Positions 34,740 through 45,371 of a stretch of DNA of 64,000 bases are shown in pieces. The notes below the pieces were generated by a model that saw nothing but the letters and a program-made list of their open reading frames with translations, was not told where the DNA came from and ran no database searches. The DNA is from Gammaproteobacteria bacterium (GTDB taxonomy: Bacteria > Pseudomonadota > Gammaproteobacteria > Pseudomonadales > Azotimanducaceae), in NCBI GenBank assembly GCA_009837185.1, contig VXUA01000083.1, forward strand, positions 56,371-120,370, in the 5' to 3' direction. A program made the position numbers and the translations under genes. Each line of letters starts with the position of its first letter. Within the stretch, counting starts at the first letter, position 1.

Positions 34740-35885
34740 TCAGCCATAACGCCCTTCCCAAAGGTAGTCCAGAAATGTCATATAGGGCAACACTTCGATA
34801 CCATCGACTTGCTTCGGTAGAGATCCCATATACACACAGACGAAATTTTTAAAAATCTCTTCCTCTTTAAGTGCTTTTAACGATCGGAGATCACGTAGTC
34901 CGACATTTGGCTTAGCTTTAACTTCGATCGCAGTATGATCATGGATAAGAAAATCTACCTCGTAGCCGGATTTCGATTTCCAGTAGTGTAAAGCATCGTC
35001 GCGTTCGTTGTAGTTGATCCAACATCTTATCTCATGCAACATCCAAGTTTCGAACGAGAATCCTTCCGATTGTGCAAAGCGAAAGGCACTACGACTTTGA
35101 ATTGCGTTCACTACGCCAATGTCAAACAGGTAGTACTTCGAACTAACAATGGGTTTACGTTTGGGGGAGTGTCGCCAAGCCTGTAGTTCAAATGCAATTA
35201 GTGTGTCCTTAAGAATATCGAAGTAGTTGTAGACGGTATTGCGAGAAACTTGAGCGTCGCTTGCCAAGTTTTCATAGTTAACTATAGTGGCGTTACAGTG
35301 TGAAGCTAGGTCGAGGAAACGCACAAAGGCAGGGAGGTCACGCACGACTCCTTCAGCGGCTATCTCCTGTCGAAGGTAATTGCCAATGTAATCTCGAAGG
35401 ACGCGACTAGGCTCATCAGAACAGTACACAGCAGGCACGGTGCCATAGCGCAAAGCGCGTTTAAGCTTGAAGTCATCTCCTAATTCCCGGGCTATAAATG
35501 GATGAAAGTGCACGGTTCCTGCGCGACCGCCCAAGAGGTTCACTCCTCCTCGTCTGAGTTTACGAGCACTAGACCCTGTGAGTAAAAAGCGTATACCCTT
35601 CAACTCGATCAGTCGATGCACTTCGTCAAGTAGTTGAGGTGCTTTCTGAATCTCGTCGATCACCACGATTTCCGTATTCGCAGAAACCACATTTTCGAGC
35701 GAAAATGATTTTTCGAGTAGAGAAAAGTAGACGTCGTTACTTAAAAGATCAAAAACTAAGGCATCTGGAATGGTTTCATGAATCAGTGTGGACTTCCCGG
35801 TCAAGCGTGGTCCTAAGAAAAAACAGGATCTAGAATTCAGAATAGACGACAAGTCCAACGCTCGAGGGTAAATTTTTTGCGTCAT
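34740..35885 (-). CDS. AAA+ ATPase with a C-terminal DUF4143 / PD-(D/E)xK-like domain (COG1373 family)
   Basis: Walker A GPRLTGKST, Walker B VVIDEIQ, and C-terminal GYEVDFLIHDHTAIEVKAK (D...E-x-K). The start is ambiguous among ATG 35885, ATG 35897 and TTG 35930. Confidence 0.7.
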   Translation of the reverse strand: MTQKIYPRALDLSSILNSRSCFFLGPRLTGKSTLIHETIPDALVFDLLSNDVYFSLLEKSFSLENVVSANTEIVVIDEIQKAPQLLDEVHRLIELKGIRFLLTGSSARKLRRGGVNLLGGRAGTVHFHPFIARELGDDFKLKRALRYGTVPAVYCSDEPSRVLRDYIGNYLRQEIAAEGVVRDLPAFVRFLDLASHCNATIVNYENLASDAQVSRNTVYNYFDILKDTLIAFELQAWRHSPKRKPIVSSKYYLFDIGVVNAIQSRSAFRFAQSEGFSFETWMLHEIRCWINYNERDDALHYWKSKSGYEVDFLIHDHTAIEVKAKPNVGLRDLRSLKALKEEEIFKNFVCVYMGSLPKQVDGIEVLPYMTFLDYLWEGRYG

Positions 35886-35891
35886 TTTAGT

Positions 35892-35921
35892 TGTCATTTG
35901 ACACGTTAAATGACAATTATA
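35892..35921 (-). promoter_or_regulatory. Candidate promoter/operator of the AAA+/DUF4143 gene
   Basis: On the minus strand there is a perfect TATAAT (35921-35916). It is followed immediately by a perfect 8-bp inverted repeat, TGTCATTT-N8-AAATGACA (35892-35915), which covers one candidate ATG. Confidence 0.3.
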
Positions 35922-36542
35922 TTGACACAACTCGTCGAAGTGATGGAATCCTACAGAATATGCTCTGTGATTAACCTACTCAAAATGTACATATTTAATG
36001 TGCGTGTTTTTCAGGGACCGTATATTGAAGCAATCCACGATATACCGGACAGAAAGATTAGCCAGATTGCACAAACAGTATCCGCAAATGTGAGAAACTC
36101 TCAATGAGCTTCAATTCGTATCGAGGAAGATAGACCTGTTTAGGCGAGTCGAACTGACAGGTTCCGCTCTCGATTTGGGAGCTGATCTAGTATGGAAAAA
36201 TTTAGGTACCGCCCGGAGCTACGTGGAGGTAAGTGATCGTCGAATTTGATGTCGAAGAGCAGGGATTTGTGAACTGGCCTAAAATTGAGGCTTCAATTCT
36301 CAAACAGTATTTCAGTGCCCTATCACAAGTGTTAATCAAAAACTCTCGCTACTACCGGTTGATCATAGCCGGTGAGCATGTTGCAGTACTCGGATTAGGA
36401 AATTGTTTACTTTGAAGATTACAACATCAACGATTCTTATAGGATTCACATTCACGATCAAAAACTGCGTTTGGGAATCAGTTCAATCGAATCACGTAGC
36501 ACGAATACTTAGCCTCTGCAATAAAAAGGCCTGTCTAACCAA

Positions 36543-37871
36543 ATGAAACTCTACGTCAAGACTTACGGTTGCCAAATGAATGACTACGACTCTCAGCGTA
36601 TGTCAGAGTTGTTGCAACAGAGCCATGACGCGGAAGGTACCAACACACCGGATGACGCAGATGTCATCTTAGTCAACACTTGTTCAATTCGTGAGAAAGC
36701 ACAAGAGAAAGTGTTCCACGAACTCGGTCGCTATCGCAAGTTGAAAATTAAAAAGCCGAATCTGTTAATCGGTGTCGGTGGATGTGTAGCTTCGCAAGAA
36801 GGAGAAGAAATCACCAAACGCGCACCCTACGTTGATCTCGTGTTCGGACCGCAAACACTCCACCGATTGCCTGCGATGATCGAGCAAACCCGACAACTCA
36901 AAAAACCGGTAATAGACATCAGCTTCCCCGAAATCGAAAAGTTCGACCACCTCCCTACCCCCATCACCAGCCAAGTTTCCGCCTATGTTTCAGTCATGGA
37001 GGGATGTAGTAAGTTTTGCACATTCTGCGTCGTCCCATACACTCGTGGACCCGAGGTTAGTCGGCCCGTGAATGACGTGATGAGAGAAGTAGTTTCTTTG
37101 GTCGATCAAGGTGTTCGAGAAATTCACTTTTTGGGGCAGAACGTCAATGCATATCGAGGTGAATTCAAAGGAAGCACTGCAGATCTCGCGGAATTGATCT
37201 ATTACACCTCGCTTGTTGAGGGCGTGGAAAGAATTCGATTTACTACCTCGCATCCAGTTGAGTTTTCTGAGACGCTCATCGAAGCGTACCGAACTGTTCC
37301 TAAACTTGTAAGTCATTTACACTTGCCGGTGCAGTCCGGGTCCGACCGAGTGTTAGCGATGATGAAGCGAGGCCATACAGTGTTGGAGTACAAGTCAAAA
37401 ATACGTCGATTGCGCGACGCGCGACCTGAAATCGCTCTTTCTTCCGACTTCATCGTCGGATTCCCAGGTGAGACGGATGCAGACTTTGAAGGCACGATGA
37501 ATTTAATTCGAGAACTTGACTATGACATCTCCTTTAGCTTCATCTACAGTGCTCGACCAGGAACCCCTGCTGCGTCAATGCCGGACCCCACTCCTCAGAA
37601 TGTCAAACAAGAACGTCTTGAACGATTACAGGCGCAACTGCGCATGCAATCCGAAACGCACGCCCGAAGGATGGTTGGTACCACTCAGCGGGTGTTGGTT
37701 ACAGGCCCTTCACGCAGAACTGAGGGTGCGGTGCAAGGACGGACTGAGAACAATCGAGTCGTAAATTTCTTCGCACAGGCGGATTCCCTACCGTTGGTGG
37801 ATGTTAAGATCAAAGAAGCACTACCCAACTCGCTACGTGGCGAACTGGTAGCGGAAGAGGAGTACGCTTAG
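36543..37871 (+). CDS. miaB: tRNA-2-methylthio-N6-dimethylallyladenosine synthase MiaB
   Basis: N-terminal TYGCQMN, radical-SAM motif [15 protein letters not shown] and a TRAM C-terminus. Confidence 0.9.
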   Translation: MKLYVKTYGCQMNDYDSQRMSELLQQSHDAEGTNTPDDADVILVNTCSIREKAQEKVFHELGRYRKLKIKKPNLLIGVGGCVASQEGEEITKRAPYVDLVFGPQTLHRLPAMIEQTRQLKKPVIDISFPEIEKFDHLPTPITSQVSAYVSVMEGCSKFCTFCVVPYTRGPEVSRPVNDVMREVVSLVDQGVREIHFLGQNVNAYRGEFKGSTADLAELIYYTSLVEGVERIRFTTSHPVEFSETLIEAYRTVPKLVSHLHLPVQSGSDRVLAMMKRGHTVLEYKSKIRRLRDARPEIALSSDFIVGFPGETDADFEGTMNLIRELDYDISFSFIYSARPGTPAASMPDPTPQNVKQERLERLQAQLRMQSETHARRMVGTTQRVLVTGPSRRTEGAVQGRTENNRVVNFFAQADSLPLVDVKIKEALPNSLRGELVAEEEYA

Positions 37872-39088
37872 AGTTCGTTTGAGTTCCTGCGTCCTAAGGC
37901 GCGTACTCGAACAACGTTTGGCACTGAAAGCAGCTCCGTTCTGAGTGAGTCAGTAACCTCGCCATCGACTTCGAGGATGTTGTACGCGACGTTTTCCCTG
38001 CTCTTGTTAATCATGTCTGTTATGTTGAGTCCGACATTTGAACAAACGGCCAAGATTTCCTGCAATACACCTGGCTGGTTCCAGTTAGTTATCGTGAAGC
38101 GATAGTCTAAAGATCGCTCTAGTTTGACAGATGGAAAGTTAACCGAATTTTCGATATTTCCATTGATCAAGAAATCTTGTATTTGTCGCACTGCCATAAC
38201 AGCACAATTCTCTTCCGCTTCAGCTGTACTCGCACCGAGATGGGGTGTCGTAAAGACCTTCGGATGGTTAAGAAATTCCCTCCGAGGAAAGTCGATGAAA
38301 TACTTAGATAGCTGACCGTGGTCTAGAGCTCGCAAAATCGCGTCAGGGGCGACCACTTCAGATCGCGCAAAGTTCAATATACACGTACCCTCGTGACAGT
38401 AGTTCAGTAATTCATCATTGACGAACGCGTTTGTTTTGGGGCTCAGTGGTACGTGAAGAGATATAAACTGTGCTCTCGCAAACAAATCTTTGAGTTCGTC
38501 TACCAATTCGACGCGTGAGTCAACATTCTGTCTGGATGTTTCTGAGAGAAATGGGTCGTACCCAAGAACTTGCATCCCTAGCGTACAAGCAATATTCGCA
38601 ACGGGCGTCCCAATCGCGCCCAGTCCGACAACACCCAAGGTCCTGCCGGACAATTCTCTGCCAGCAAAACGACGCTTGCCTTCCTCTACATGTTGTTTTA
38701 AGTCACCCTCGGGAATTACGTTCGGTAAATTGTTTACATATTCGATGCCTCCAATCACGTCTCGAGCACACAACAAGAGTGCTGCTATAACAAGTTCTTT
38801 GACCGAATTGGCGTTGGCACCAGGAGTGTTGAACACCAAAATTCCTTGCTTGGTGCACTCGTCGACAGGAACATTGTTTACTCCTGCTCCTGCTCGTGCA
38901 ATCGCTAACAAGTTAGAAGACAAGTGGTCTGTAGTGAGTGGAAAACTCCGAAGTATGATCGCATGTGGAGAGTGCTGATTTTCTCGGACACTGTACTGAG
39001 GCGTCGTCAGCAATTTGAGCCCGCGCGGTGCGATTTGATTGAACGTCTGGATTCGAAACTTTTCGGTACGCGGTTTAGGTTCTACCAA
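37868..39088 (-). CDS. serA: D-3-phosphoglycerate dehydrogenase SerA (with a C-terminal ACT domain)
   Basis: NAD motif [13 protein letters not shown], catalytic HLGAST and an ACT-like C-terminus. I prefer the TTG at 39088, which follows GGAGAGAGG, over the ORF-track start at 39175. The stop overlaps the miaB stop by 4 nt (convergent). Confidence 0.8.
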   Translation of the reverse strand: MVEPKPRTEKFRIQTFNQIAPRGLKLLTTPQYSVRENQHSPHAIILRSFPLTTDHLSSNLLAIARAGAGVNNVPVDECTKQGILVFNTPGANANSVKELVIAALLLCARDVIGGIEYVNNLPNVIPEGDLKQHVEEGKRRFAGRELSGRTLGVVGLGAIGTPVANIACTLGMQVLGYDPFLSETSRQNVDSRVELVDELKDLFARAQFISLHVPLSPKTNAFVNDELLNYCHEGTCILNFARSEVVAPDAILRALDHGQLSKYFIDFPRREFLNHPKVFTTPHLGASTAEAEENCAVMAVRQIQDFLINGNIENSVNFPSVKLERSLDYRFTITNWNQPGVLQEILAVCSNVGLNITDMINKSRENVAYNILEVDGEVTDSLRTELLSVPNVVRVRALGRRNSNEL

Positions 39089-39188
39089 TAGCCTCTCTCC
39101 TTCATCTCTAAAACTCGGTTCCCTGAACCACTCAAAATATACATCAGAAGTTCGCCAATGAACTGACCAAAGCAACCAAATAGCTACA

Positions 39189-40256
39189 CTACTTCAGAAC
39201 TTGATCAAGTTCTGCGACAATTAAGCTTGCACTATCCTTGACTTCAAAAGTTTGTAATTTTGCTTGCCATTGCGTCAAATTTTCAAAGATCGATGAAATT
39301 TTTGCAATGAGTGTTTCTTGATTACACTCATCTTGGGGGAGTACTACGCTCCATCCGCTAGTTTCCGCGAGTTCTGCGTTTTCTATCTGGTCCCCGCGAC
39401 TTTGTGCCAAAGGTAAGGGAATTAATAAGTTGGGTTTACGCATCGATAGCAGTTCAAATAAAGCGTTCGCCCCAGACCTCGAAACAACAACATCAGCTAG
39501 AGCTAATACATCACCCCATTGCTCGTCGATATATTCAAACTGAAAATAGTTTTTGACGGTACGCAAATTTTCATCGAGATTTCCCTTACCACATACGTGA
39601 ATCACCACAAATTCTTGCGCGAGCTCTTTGATGCTCGAGTGTATGACTTGGTTGATTGCCTCCGCACCAAGACTACCACCGACCACGACTAATACGTGCG
39701 ATCTCGTGTCTAACTTGAGCCAAGACTTTGCTCTCTCTGCATCTCCTGCTAAGAGTTCGGCACGTATTGGTGTACCGGTAACTACTACTCGTTTCGCGTT
39801 CGTTTTTGTTTGATCGAACGACACACATTGAGTCATCACAAATCGTGTACACATTCGGGTCGCCAAACCGGGCGACAAATCAGATTCGTGGGCAACCACG
39901 GGAATCCGCAATAACCATGCTGCAGCCACCACCGGAAATGCCACATACCCGCCTTTAGAAAAGACGGCGTTCGGCTTGAGTTTTAATAGCAAAAACAGAG
40001 CTTGCAATATTCCGATCGGTACGCGAAACGCATCTATGACATTCTCGAATGACAAATACCGGCGAAGTTTTCCAGCCGTAATGTCGTAGAATTCAACATC
40101 CCAGTCTTCGACAAGCCGACGTTCTAATCCACTCTTAGAGCCAATAAAGACAACACGGTCTCCGCGATGTTGGCACCTCTCTATGACAGGCTTTGTTGGT
40201 AGTACATGACCGGCAGTACCCCCGCCAGTAAATACTATCGTACGGGAAGCATTCAC
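39189..40256 (-). CDS. MurG-family (GT28) UDP-GlcNAc transferase, Firmicutes-like subtype
   Basis: FTGGGTAGHV, GKLRRY, FSKGGYV, HESDLSPGLA, SRSGANALFE and QSRGDQIENA closely follow the Staphylococcus-type MurG pattern as I remember it. The gene is not in a dcw cluster context here. Confidence 0.7.
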   Translation of the reverse strand: MNASRTIVFTGGGTAGHVLPTKPVIERCQHRGDRVVFIGSKSGLERRLVEDWDVEFYDITAGKLRRYLSFENVIDAFRVPIGILQALFLLLKLKPNAVFSKGGYVAFPVVAAAWLLRIPVVAHESDLSPGLATRMCTRFVMTQCVSFDQTKTNAKRVVVTGTPIRAELLAGDAERAKSWLKLDTRSHVLVVVGGSLGAEAINQVIHSSIKELAQEFVVIHVCGKGNLDENLRTVKNYFQFEYIDEQWGDVLALADVVVSRSGANALFELLSMRKPNLLIPLPLAQSRGDQIENAELAETSGWSVVLPQDECNQETLIAKISSIFENLTQWQAKLQTFEVKDSASLIVAELDQVLK

Positions 40257-40897
40257 AGGCTGAATACTTCCTTTACAAGTGGTATAGAAATGGTTCGATT
40301 GCGAAAAATCGATTCCTCATTTAGCCGACTTACTGCTTGAACCAACCCGAACTGCGAACGCGTGACATGCCGAAGTAAATATCGCCCGACTTCCGTACTC
40401 AGCGTTGCTCCCTTTTTCTTCACTAGGTCTTGCAAAAAACCTAATTGCTCTTCTGGTGGTAGCGGCAACATGTGATAACAGCTGAACATATTAAATCGAG
40501 ACTTTAGGTCGGGCAGTACAAATTCGAGTCTTTCTAGCTTCCACCCAGAAGTTATTACGAGTCTGTGTTTTGCTCGTACTAAACGTTCATACAAACCAAA
40601 TATTTGAAGTTCCTTTTCCGCGCTACCAATCCATTGGCCAATACCATCGAGAACAACTGTAGAGAACGCTTCCAACCCAGTCAGTTCATATTCATCGTCG
40701 GTAACAAGGATCGCGGAGTCAAGTTCTGACACCAATATGTGCATCGCGTGAGTCTTACCCACCGCAGAATCTCCGTGTACCCAAAGATGGTCCGGTGAAA
40801 ATAGAGCCGAGAACAAATTTTGATTAACCCCGAGACGAAATCCTTCGCGCGTGTAGGTCTCGTTCGGTTCTAGAGGTAATACGAAACTATCTATCAA
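40253..40897 (-). CDS. hda: DnaA-inactivating protein Hda (DnaA family AAA+)
   Basis: Walker A HGDSAVGKTH, a Walker-B-like VVLDGI, LKSRF, and the N-terminal clamp-binding-like SFVLPL. I chose the TTG at 40897, which overlaps the upstream stop (TTGA). The longer ORF-track start would overlap the upstream gene by 130 nt. Confidence 0.75.
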   Translation of the reverse strand: MIDSFVLPLEPNETYTREGFRLGVNQNLFSALFSPDHLWVHGDSAVGKTHAMHILVSELDSAILVTDDEYELTGLEAFSTVVLDGIGQWIGSAEKELQIFGLYERLVRAKHRLVITSGWKLERLEFVLPDLKSRFNMFSCYHMLPLPPEEQLGFLQDLVKKKGATLSTEVGRYLLRHVTRSQFGLVQAVSRLNEESIFRNRTISIPLVKEVFSL

Positions 40898-41487
40898 GGT
40901 AGTTCGTCGGTATCGGTCGAACTCTGTTTCTTGTGTTCCAAGTATGCGCGGTGTCCCCACAATCGAACATAATCTAACCCCGAGGTGATTGAGAACAGTG
41001 CAACGAGTCCATATCCACCCCACACATCTAAGCCTCGAGCAGCAATTGCCTGATACTTGAAATCGATTTGCGCGATCACTTCGAGCACGATCACGCTGAC
41101 CAGTATGATGGTATTGGTTTTACTCAACAGTGTTGGTTCAATGTCCAATCGTTTATACAACAACTTGTAGGCTGCTGCACCGCCGAGAATCACGCCCTCT
41201 CGAGCTAGGACGATAGTTAATAGCCATAGGGGCCAAAGTCCCTCTAGAGTAAGCAACACACACGCGCCACCAAAGGTCACTTTATCGGCAATTGGATCCA
41301 CAATCTCCCCGAATCTTGAAGTCCATTCGAAGCGACGTGCTACATAACCATCGAGTAAATCGGTTAACCCGGCAATGACAAGCATGATCAACACAAACTC
41401 CCAGTGTTTATACAGGATACCATAGGCTACCGGCACAATTAAAAAGAGTCTGAGTACCGAAATAATGTTTGGGATCTGATCAATCAC
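40894..41487 (-). CDS. CDP-alcohol phosphatidyltransferase family protein (PgsA-like)
   Basis: Family signature DLLDGYVARRFEWTSRFGEIVDPIADK (D-x2-DG-x2-AR...G-x3-D-x3-D) and multiple transmembrane helices. Confidence 0.8.
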   Translation of the reverse strand: MIDQIPNIISVLRLFLIVPVAYGILYKHWEFVLIMLVIAGLTDLLDGYVARRFEWTSRFGEIVDPIADKVTFGGACVLLTLEGLWPLWLLTIVLAREGVILGGAAAYKLLYKRLDIEPTLLSKTNTIILVSVIVLEVIAQIDFKYQAIAARGLDVWGGYGLVALFSITSGLDYVRLWGHRAYLEHKKQSSTDTDELP

Positions 41488-42545
41488 TTCGGTGGTGCCC
41501 AGGAGAATAGCTGCATGATTTTCTTATCGGTTATAGGTTCTTCGAGATCCACCGCTTCAAGTGAATCTGTCGCATCAACCAGTTCCACGAAAAGCTCCGC
41601 AGATGAGGGTGTGTACACGTCAAAAATCAATACCTCTTTATGGAGTGAAACAAGCACGAAGTCATCAACGAAATCTAACCCATTCAGCAGTTTTAATACT
41701 GCTGCATAAGACTCTACGCTCTCGACATTTACAACCCCGATACGATGAATTTCTTCGTGTTCGCGAACGATAGCATGTTTGGTAACGAGAACATCTACGA
41801 TGTGATCGACTACGTTAATCGGTATGTCCTCCCGTGCTCGCAAAATGCGATGATCGAATTGCTCCGTTCCTTGATACCAATAGGTTATATCGGTTTGATA
41901 GCGACCGAAAAAGTCTTTCTGGCAAGAGACTGCGGCGACGAACTCTGCGTTATACCGTGCTGATACCGTGGCGAGATCAGACCAAAATCGACCTACCAAA
42001 GACGACGAAGTGATTGTGGTATGTTCTTGCAGATCCATGATGGGAATAACCAGTTCGATACCGCGTTCTAAAGCTCTCCTTCGAAGTTCTAAAGCCACCT
42101 GTGTCCCATCCCGGACTAATTCAGATTCAGATGTTTCATGAATGGACAGCCAAAGTAGAACCGACGGTCGGTCTGCAGGCCATACTGGAAATCTCGCCTC
42201 TTTGATTAGTTCTCGAATCAGGGAACTATTAAATCGAGCGACTAGTGCGTCACCGATCCCTATCGGAGAATTCACCGGAAGCTTCGTAAATTCATACTGT
42301 TTCACAAAGGAGTTGAGATTCGCAAACGCAGTTTGTACTTCTGGAATTCTTGGAATATCTGCAAGACCAGTTAAGCGCATTAGCAGAACTTCGATGCAAC
42401 GGGGAAGTACTTTTTCTGCCTCTGCTTGAGTTCGCTCGCTTACTGGTATCTTTACATCGTACAACCAATCTACCGGTTCAGCGCGCAAACTCTCTATCGT
42501 AAACACGAACACGAGCAGCACTAGTGGTAGACGAATGATGGGCAT
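41484..42545 (-). CDS. Exported hypothetical protein, probably the DUF2066 family
   Basis: Signal peptide. It lies divergent from purM and upstream of hda, the place the DUF2066 gene occupies in Pseudomonas-like genomes. Assignment rests on synteny and size, not on motifs. Confidence 0.45.
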   Translation of the reverse strand: MPIIRLPLVLLVFVFTIESLRAEPVDWLYDVKIPVSERTQAEAEKVLPRCIEVLLMRLTGLADIPRIPEVQTAFANLNSFVKQYEFTKLPVNSPIGIGDALVARFNSSLIRELIKEARFPVWPADRPSVLLWLSIHETSESELVRDGTQVALELRRRALERGIELVIPIMDLQEHTTITSSSLVGRFWSDLATVSARYNAEFVAAVSCQKDFFGRYQTDITYWYQGTEQFDHRILRAREDIPINVVDHIVDVLVTKHAIVREHEEIHRIGVVNVESVESYAAVLKLLNGLDFVDDFVLVSLHKEVLIFDVYTPSSAELFVELVDATDSLEAVDLEEPITDKKIMQLFSWAPPK

Positions 42546-42639
42546 GCTATGTCAGTTGAGAGGCTATAAGAGAACGGAAATTCATGTATATATTGGTAAA
42601 TATGGTACCCACGTGCTGTTTATCCCGATAATTCGCGTT

Positions 42640-43650
42640 ATGGGAATTACATATCAACAGAGCGGGGTCGACATTGATGCAGCTAACCGTTTGATCAATC
42701 GCATCAAAGAACCGATCAAGCAGACCAACCGACCGGAAATCTTGACAGATGTAGGCGGATTTGCGGCACTAGCGACGCTGCCCACAAAATTCCAGCAGCC
42801 CGTTTTAGTCTGTGGCACGGACGGTGTCGGAACGAAAGTGGAACTAGCGATCGAACATGATCGACATGAAGTGATCGGACAGGATCTCGTGGCTATGTGC
42901 GTTAACGACATCTTAGTGTACGGAGCCGAACCACTGTTATTTCTAGACTACTTTGCAACCGCGAAACTGGATATCGCGATCGCTGAGAGAGTTATCTCGG
43001 GTATTGCTGATGCATGTAAGCAAGTCGGTTGCGCACTGGCAGGCGGCGAGACGGCAGAACTACCGGGCTTATATGCTCCAAACATTTATGACCTCGCTGG
43101 ATTCTGTGTCGGCGTCGTCGAAAAAGAGACATTAGATGTTCGCAAAAACGTGCAAGTTGGAGATATTCTGCTCGGACTTGCAAGCGACGGACCACATTCA
43201 AACGGCTACTCGCTTATCCGCGCTTTGTTGCGAGAACACAAAGCACCGGACTCGATTCTTGAAGAAATGCTGACTCCTACTCGTCTTTACGGTCCCGCGG
43301 TACTAAGTATCGCGGATTCGGCCACCGGTATGGCTCACATAACAGGTGGTGGTCTCATCGAAAATCCACCTCGCATGCTCACCGAGGACCTCGCGATCGA
43401 ACTCAGTCCAAATGTCTGGGAACAACCCGAGAGTTTCAAGTGGATTAATGCGAAAGGACAACTTGAACCCATTGAAATGTTGCGTACTTTTAACTGTGGT
43501 ATTGGCTTTGTCATCGCAACTCGGGCGGAAGATTCAGCTCAGGTGAAATCTAAATTGGAGGGAGGCGGAGAACGAGTCTACAACATCGGTCGAGTCGTCG
43601 CCAGCGGTGCCAGACCAAGTTCAGATTCGATAATTCTGACTAGAGAGTAG
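42640..43650 (+). CDS. purM: Phosphoribosylformylglycinamidine cyclo-ligase PurM
   Basis: YQQSGVDIDA, GGFAAL, DGVGTK and GGETAE motifs. The ATG at 42640 matches the family N-terminus; the ORF-track start at 42535 is an upstream extension. Confidence 0.9.
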   Translation: MGITYQQSGVDIDAANRLINRIKEPIKQTNRPEILTDVGGFAALATLPTKFQQPVLVCGTDGVGTKVELAIEHDRHEVIGQDLVAMCVNDILVYGAEPLLFLDYFATAKLDIAIAERVISGIADACKQVGCALAGGETAELPGLYAPNIYDLAGFCVGVVEKETLDVRKNVQVGDILLGLASDGPHSNGYSLIRALLREHKAPDSILEEMLTPTRLYGPAVLSIADSATGMAHITGGGLIENPPRMLTEDLAIELSPNVWEQPESFKWINAKGQLEPIEMLRTFNCGIGFVIATRAEDSAQVKSKLEGGGERVYNIGRVVASGARPSSDSIILTRE

Positions 43651-43668
43651 CCCCCGTCGCAGGGCTAC
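43647..43668. terminator. Hairpin spanning the two convergent stop codons of purM and dcd
   Basis: 7-bp stem, gtagccc (43647-43653) pairing with gggctac (43662-43668), and an 8-nt loop. The purM TAG and the dcd stop lie in opposite arms. Confidence 0.35.
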
Positions 43669-44231
43669 AACTTCGGTAAAGTGACTCCGACCTGACCCTG
43701 ATACTTACCGTTCCGATCCTTGTAGGACATTTCACAAGGCTCATCAGCTTGGAAAAAGAGCATCTGGGCGACGCCTTCGTTCGCATAGATTTTTGCTGGA
43801 AGATTCGTCGTATTTGAAAACTCAAGCGTCACATGCCCTTCCCACTCAGGTTCTAGTGGGGTTACATTTACTATGATTCCGCAACGTGCATAGGTTGACT
43901 TGCCGACGCAGATTGTCAGCACGTCTCGAGGAATCCGAAAGTACTCTATGGTACTGGCAAGGACGAATGAGTTTGGAGGAATGACACACGTCTCGCCCTC
44001 GGTCGGTACGAAGCTCCTTTCATCAAACTCTTTGGGATCTACCGTTGCCGAAAAAATGTTGGTGAACACCTTGAATTGAGGTGCACAACGTACGTCATAA
44101 CCGTACGACGAAGTTCCCCACGACACCACTCTGTTGTTCCCGACCGTACGGACTTGGTTCGGTTCATAGGGATCGATCATACCATGCTCTTTAGCCATGC
44201 GTCGTATCCAACTGTCTGCTTTAATTGTCAT
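43665..44231 (-). CDS. dcd: dCTP deaminase Dcd
   Basis: 188 aa with the typical N-terminus ([11 protein letters not shown]), GWEGHVTLE-like [12 protein letters not shown] and [11 protein letters not shown]. Confidence 0.9.
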   Translation of the reverse strand: MTIKADSWIRRMAKEHGMIDPYEPNQVRTVGNNRVVSWGTSSYGYDVRCAPQFKVFTNIFSATVDPKEFDERSFVPTEGETCVIPPNSFVLASTIEYFRIPRDVLTICVGKSTYARCGIIVNVTPLEPEWEGHVTLEFSNTTNLPAKIYANEGVAQMLFFQADEPCEMSYKDRNGKYQGQVGVTLPKL

Positions 44232-44233
44232 TT

Positions 44234-45268
44234 CTAAGTCATCTTAATGGTTGGTGGAGGAGCAGCATGCAACCCGTGCACCCAGAGTTGCGCTGCAACC
44301 AAACGCGCGCAGTCGATGAAAGACTCCGTAATCGCACTCGAGGGATCGGCAACAACCGGCGGTGCACCATTGTCCATGTATTCCCGTAACTGGGAATCGA
44401 GTGGAAATGTACCTAGTAATTTCGTCCCATATTCTTCTGCGACTCGACTGCCCCCTTCTGCCGCAAAAATTGTGTGGGACTTCCCACATTGGTCGCAAAC
44501 GAAATAGCTCATATTTTCGATGACTCCAAGAATAGGTACATTCACCTTAGCAAACATTTCGATTCCTTTCCGTGCATCAGAGAGCGCAATATCTTGTGGC
44601 GTAGTCACAATAACCGCCCCGGCCAAAGCGACCTGCTGAGAGAGCGTCAGTTGAATATCTCCAGTACCCGGCGGCATATCGACGATCAGATAGTCTAAAT
44701 CGTTCCAAAGAGTTTGAGTCAGCATCTGTTGTAATGCGCCTGATGCCATCGGTCCGCGCCACACCATCGGTGTTTTATCTGACACCAACATACTCATCGA
44801 CATTACTTCAATACCAGAAACCTTTATTGGCTCGAAATACTTCTCGTCTCGTACTTTGGGTCGACGGTCAGGTTCAATTCCCAACATAACCCCTTGGCTA
44901 GGACCGTAAATATCCGCATCAAGGAGTCCCACCTTACTACCTGCTCGCTCCAATCCAAGTGCAAGGTTAACTGCGATGGTAGATTTGCCGACACCGCCTT
45001 TCCCGGACGCGACAGCAACTACGTTTCTGGTACCGGGTAATTTGCACGTTCTCGGGGAGCGAAATTCCAACTCTAAGTTGAGCTCGGTTTCGTTCAGCCA
45101 AGTAGTAAGAGACTCGCGAAGTCTCTTCTCGATACCCGCCACGGGATAGCCCAGTTCAGCACGAATATGCGTCTTGTTGTCAATAGACTTCGACTTAGTC
45201 GCAGTCGGCAACTCTCCCCAAGTCTTTTCAAGAATGGGGTCTAGAAAGTTTGAAATCGTTTGGGTCAT
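44234..45268 (-). CDS. apbC: Fe-S cluster carrier ATPase ApbC/Mrp
   Basis: Deviant Walker [21 protein letters not shown] and the CxxC motif (CDQCG). Confidence 0.85.
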   Translation of the reverse strand: MTQTISNFLDPILEKTWGELPTATKSKSIDNKTHIRAELGYPVAGIEKRLRESLTTWLNETELNLELEFRSPRTCKLPGTRNVVAVASGKGGVGKSTIAVNLALGLERAGSKVGLLDADIYGPSQGVMLGIEPDRRPKVRDEKYFEPIKVSGIEVMSMSMLVSDKTPMVWRGPMASGALQQMLTQTLWNDLDYLIVDMPPGTGDIQLTLSQQVALAGAVIVTTPQDIALSDARKGIEMFAKVNVPILGVIENMSYFVCDQCGKSHTIFAAEGGSRVAEEYGTKLLGTFPLDSQLREYMDNGAPPVVADPSSAITESFIDCARLVAAQLWVHGLHAAPPPTIKMT

Positions 45269-45371
45269 GCAAAATTTAACAGTTGGACGCAGGTTCTATT
45301 GTAAGATTGGAACCCTGTGCCATTAAATACTTCCTTAATCGAATATCGCCACCAAGGCTTCTAAGCTCGTT

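Noticed and set aside
36233-36415. 60-aa ORF in the 612-bp spacer upstream of miaB
   Set aside because: It has a GTG start with no convincing Shine-Dalgarno sequence and no recognisable motif. It may be a gene remnant, but the evidence is insufficient.
42535-42639. Upstream ORF-track extensions of purM (42535), rnfG (50274), mnmC (29049), hda (41023), the binding protein (30888) and serA (39175)
   Set aside because: The extensions overlap neighbouring genes or lack homology to the family N-termini. Internal starts with Shine-Dalgarno sequences or start/stop overlaps fit better.
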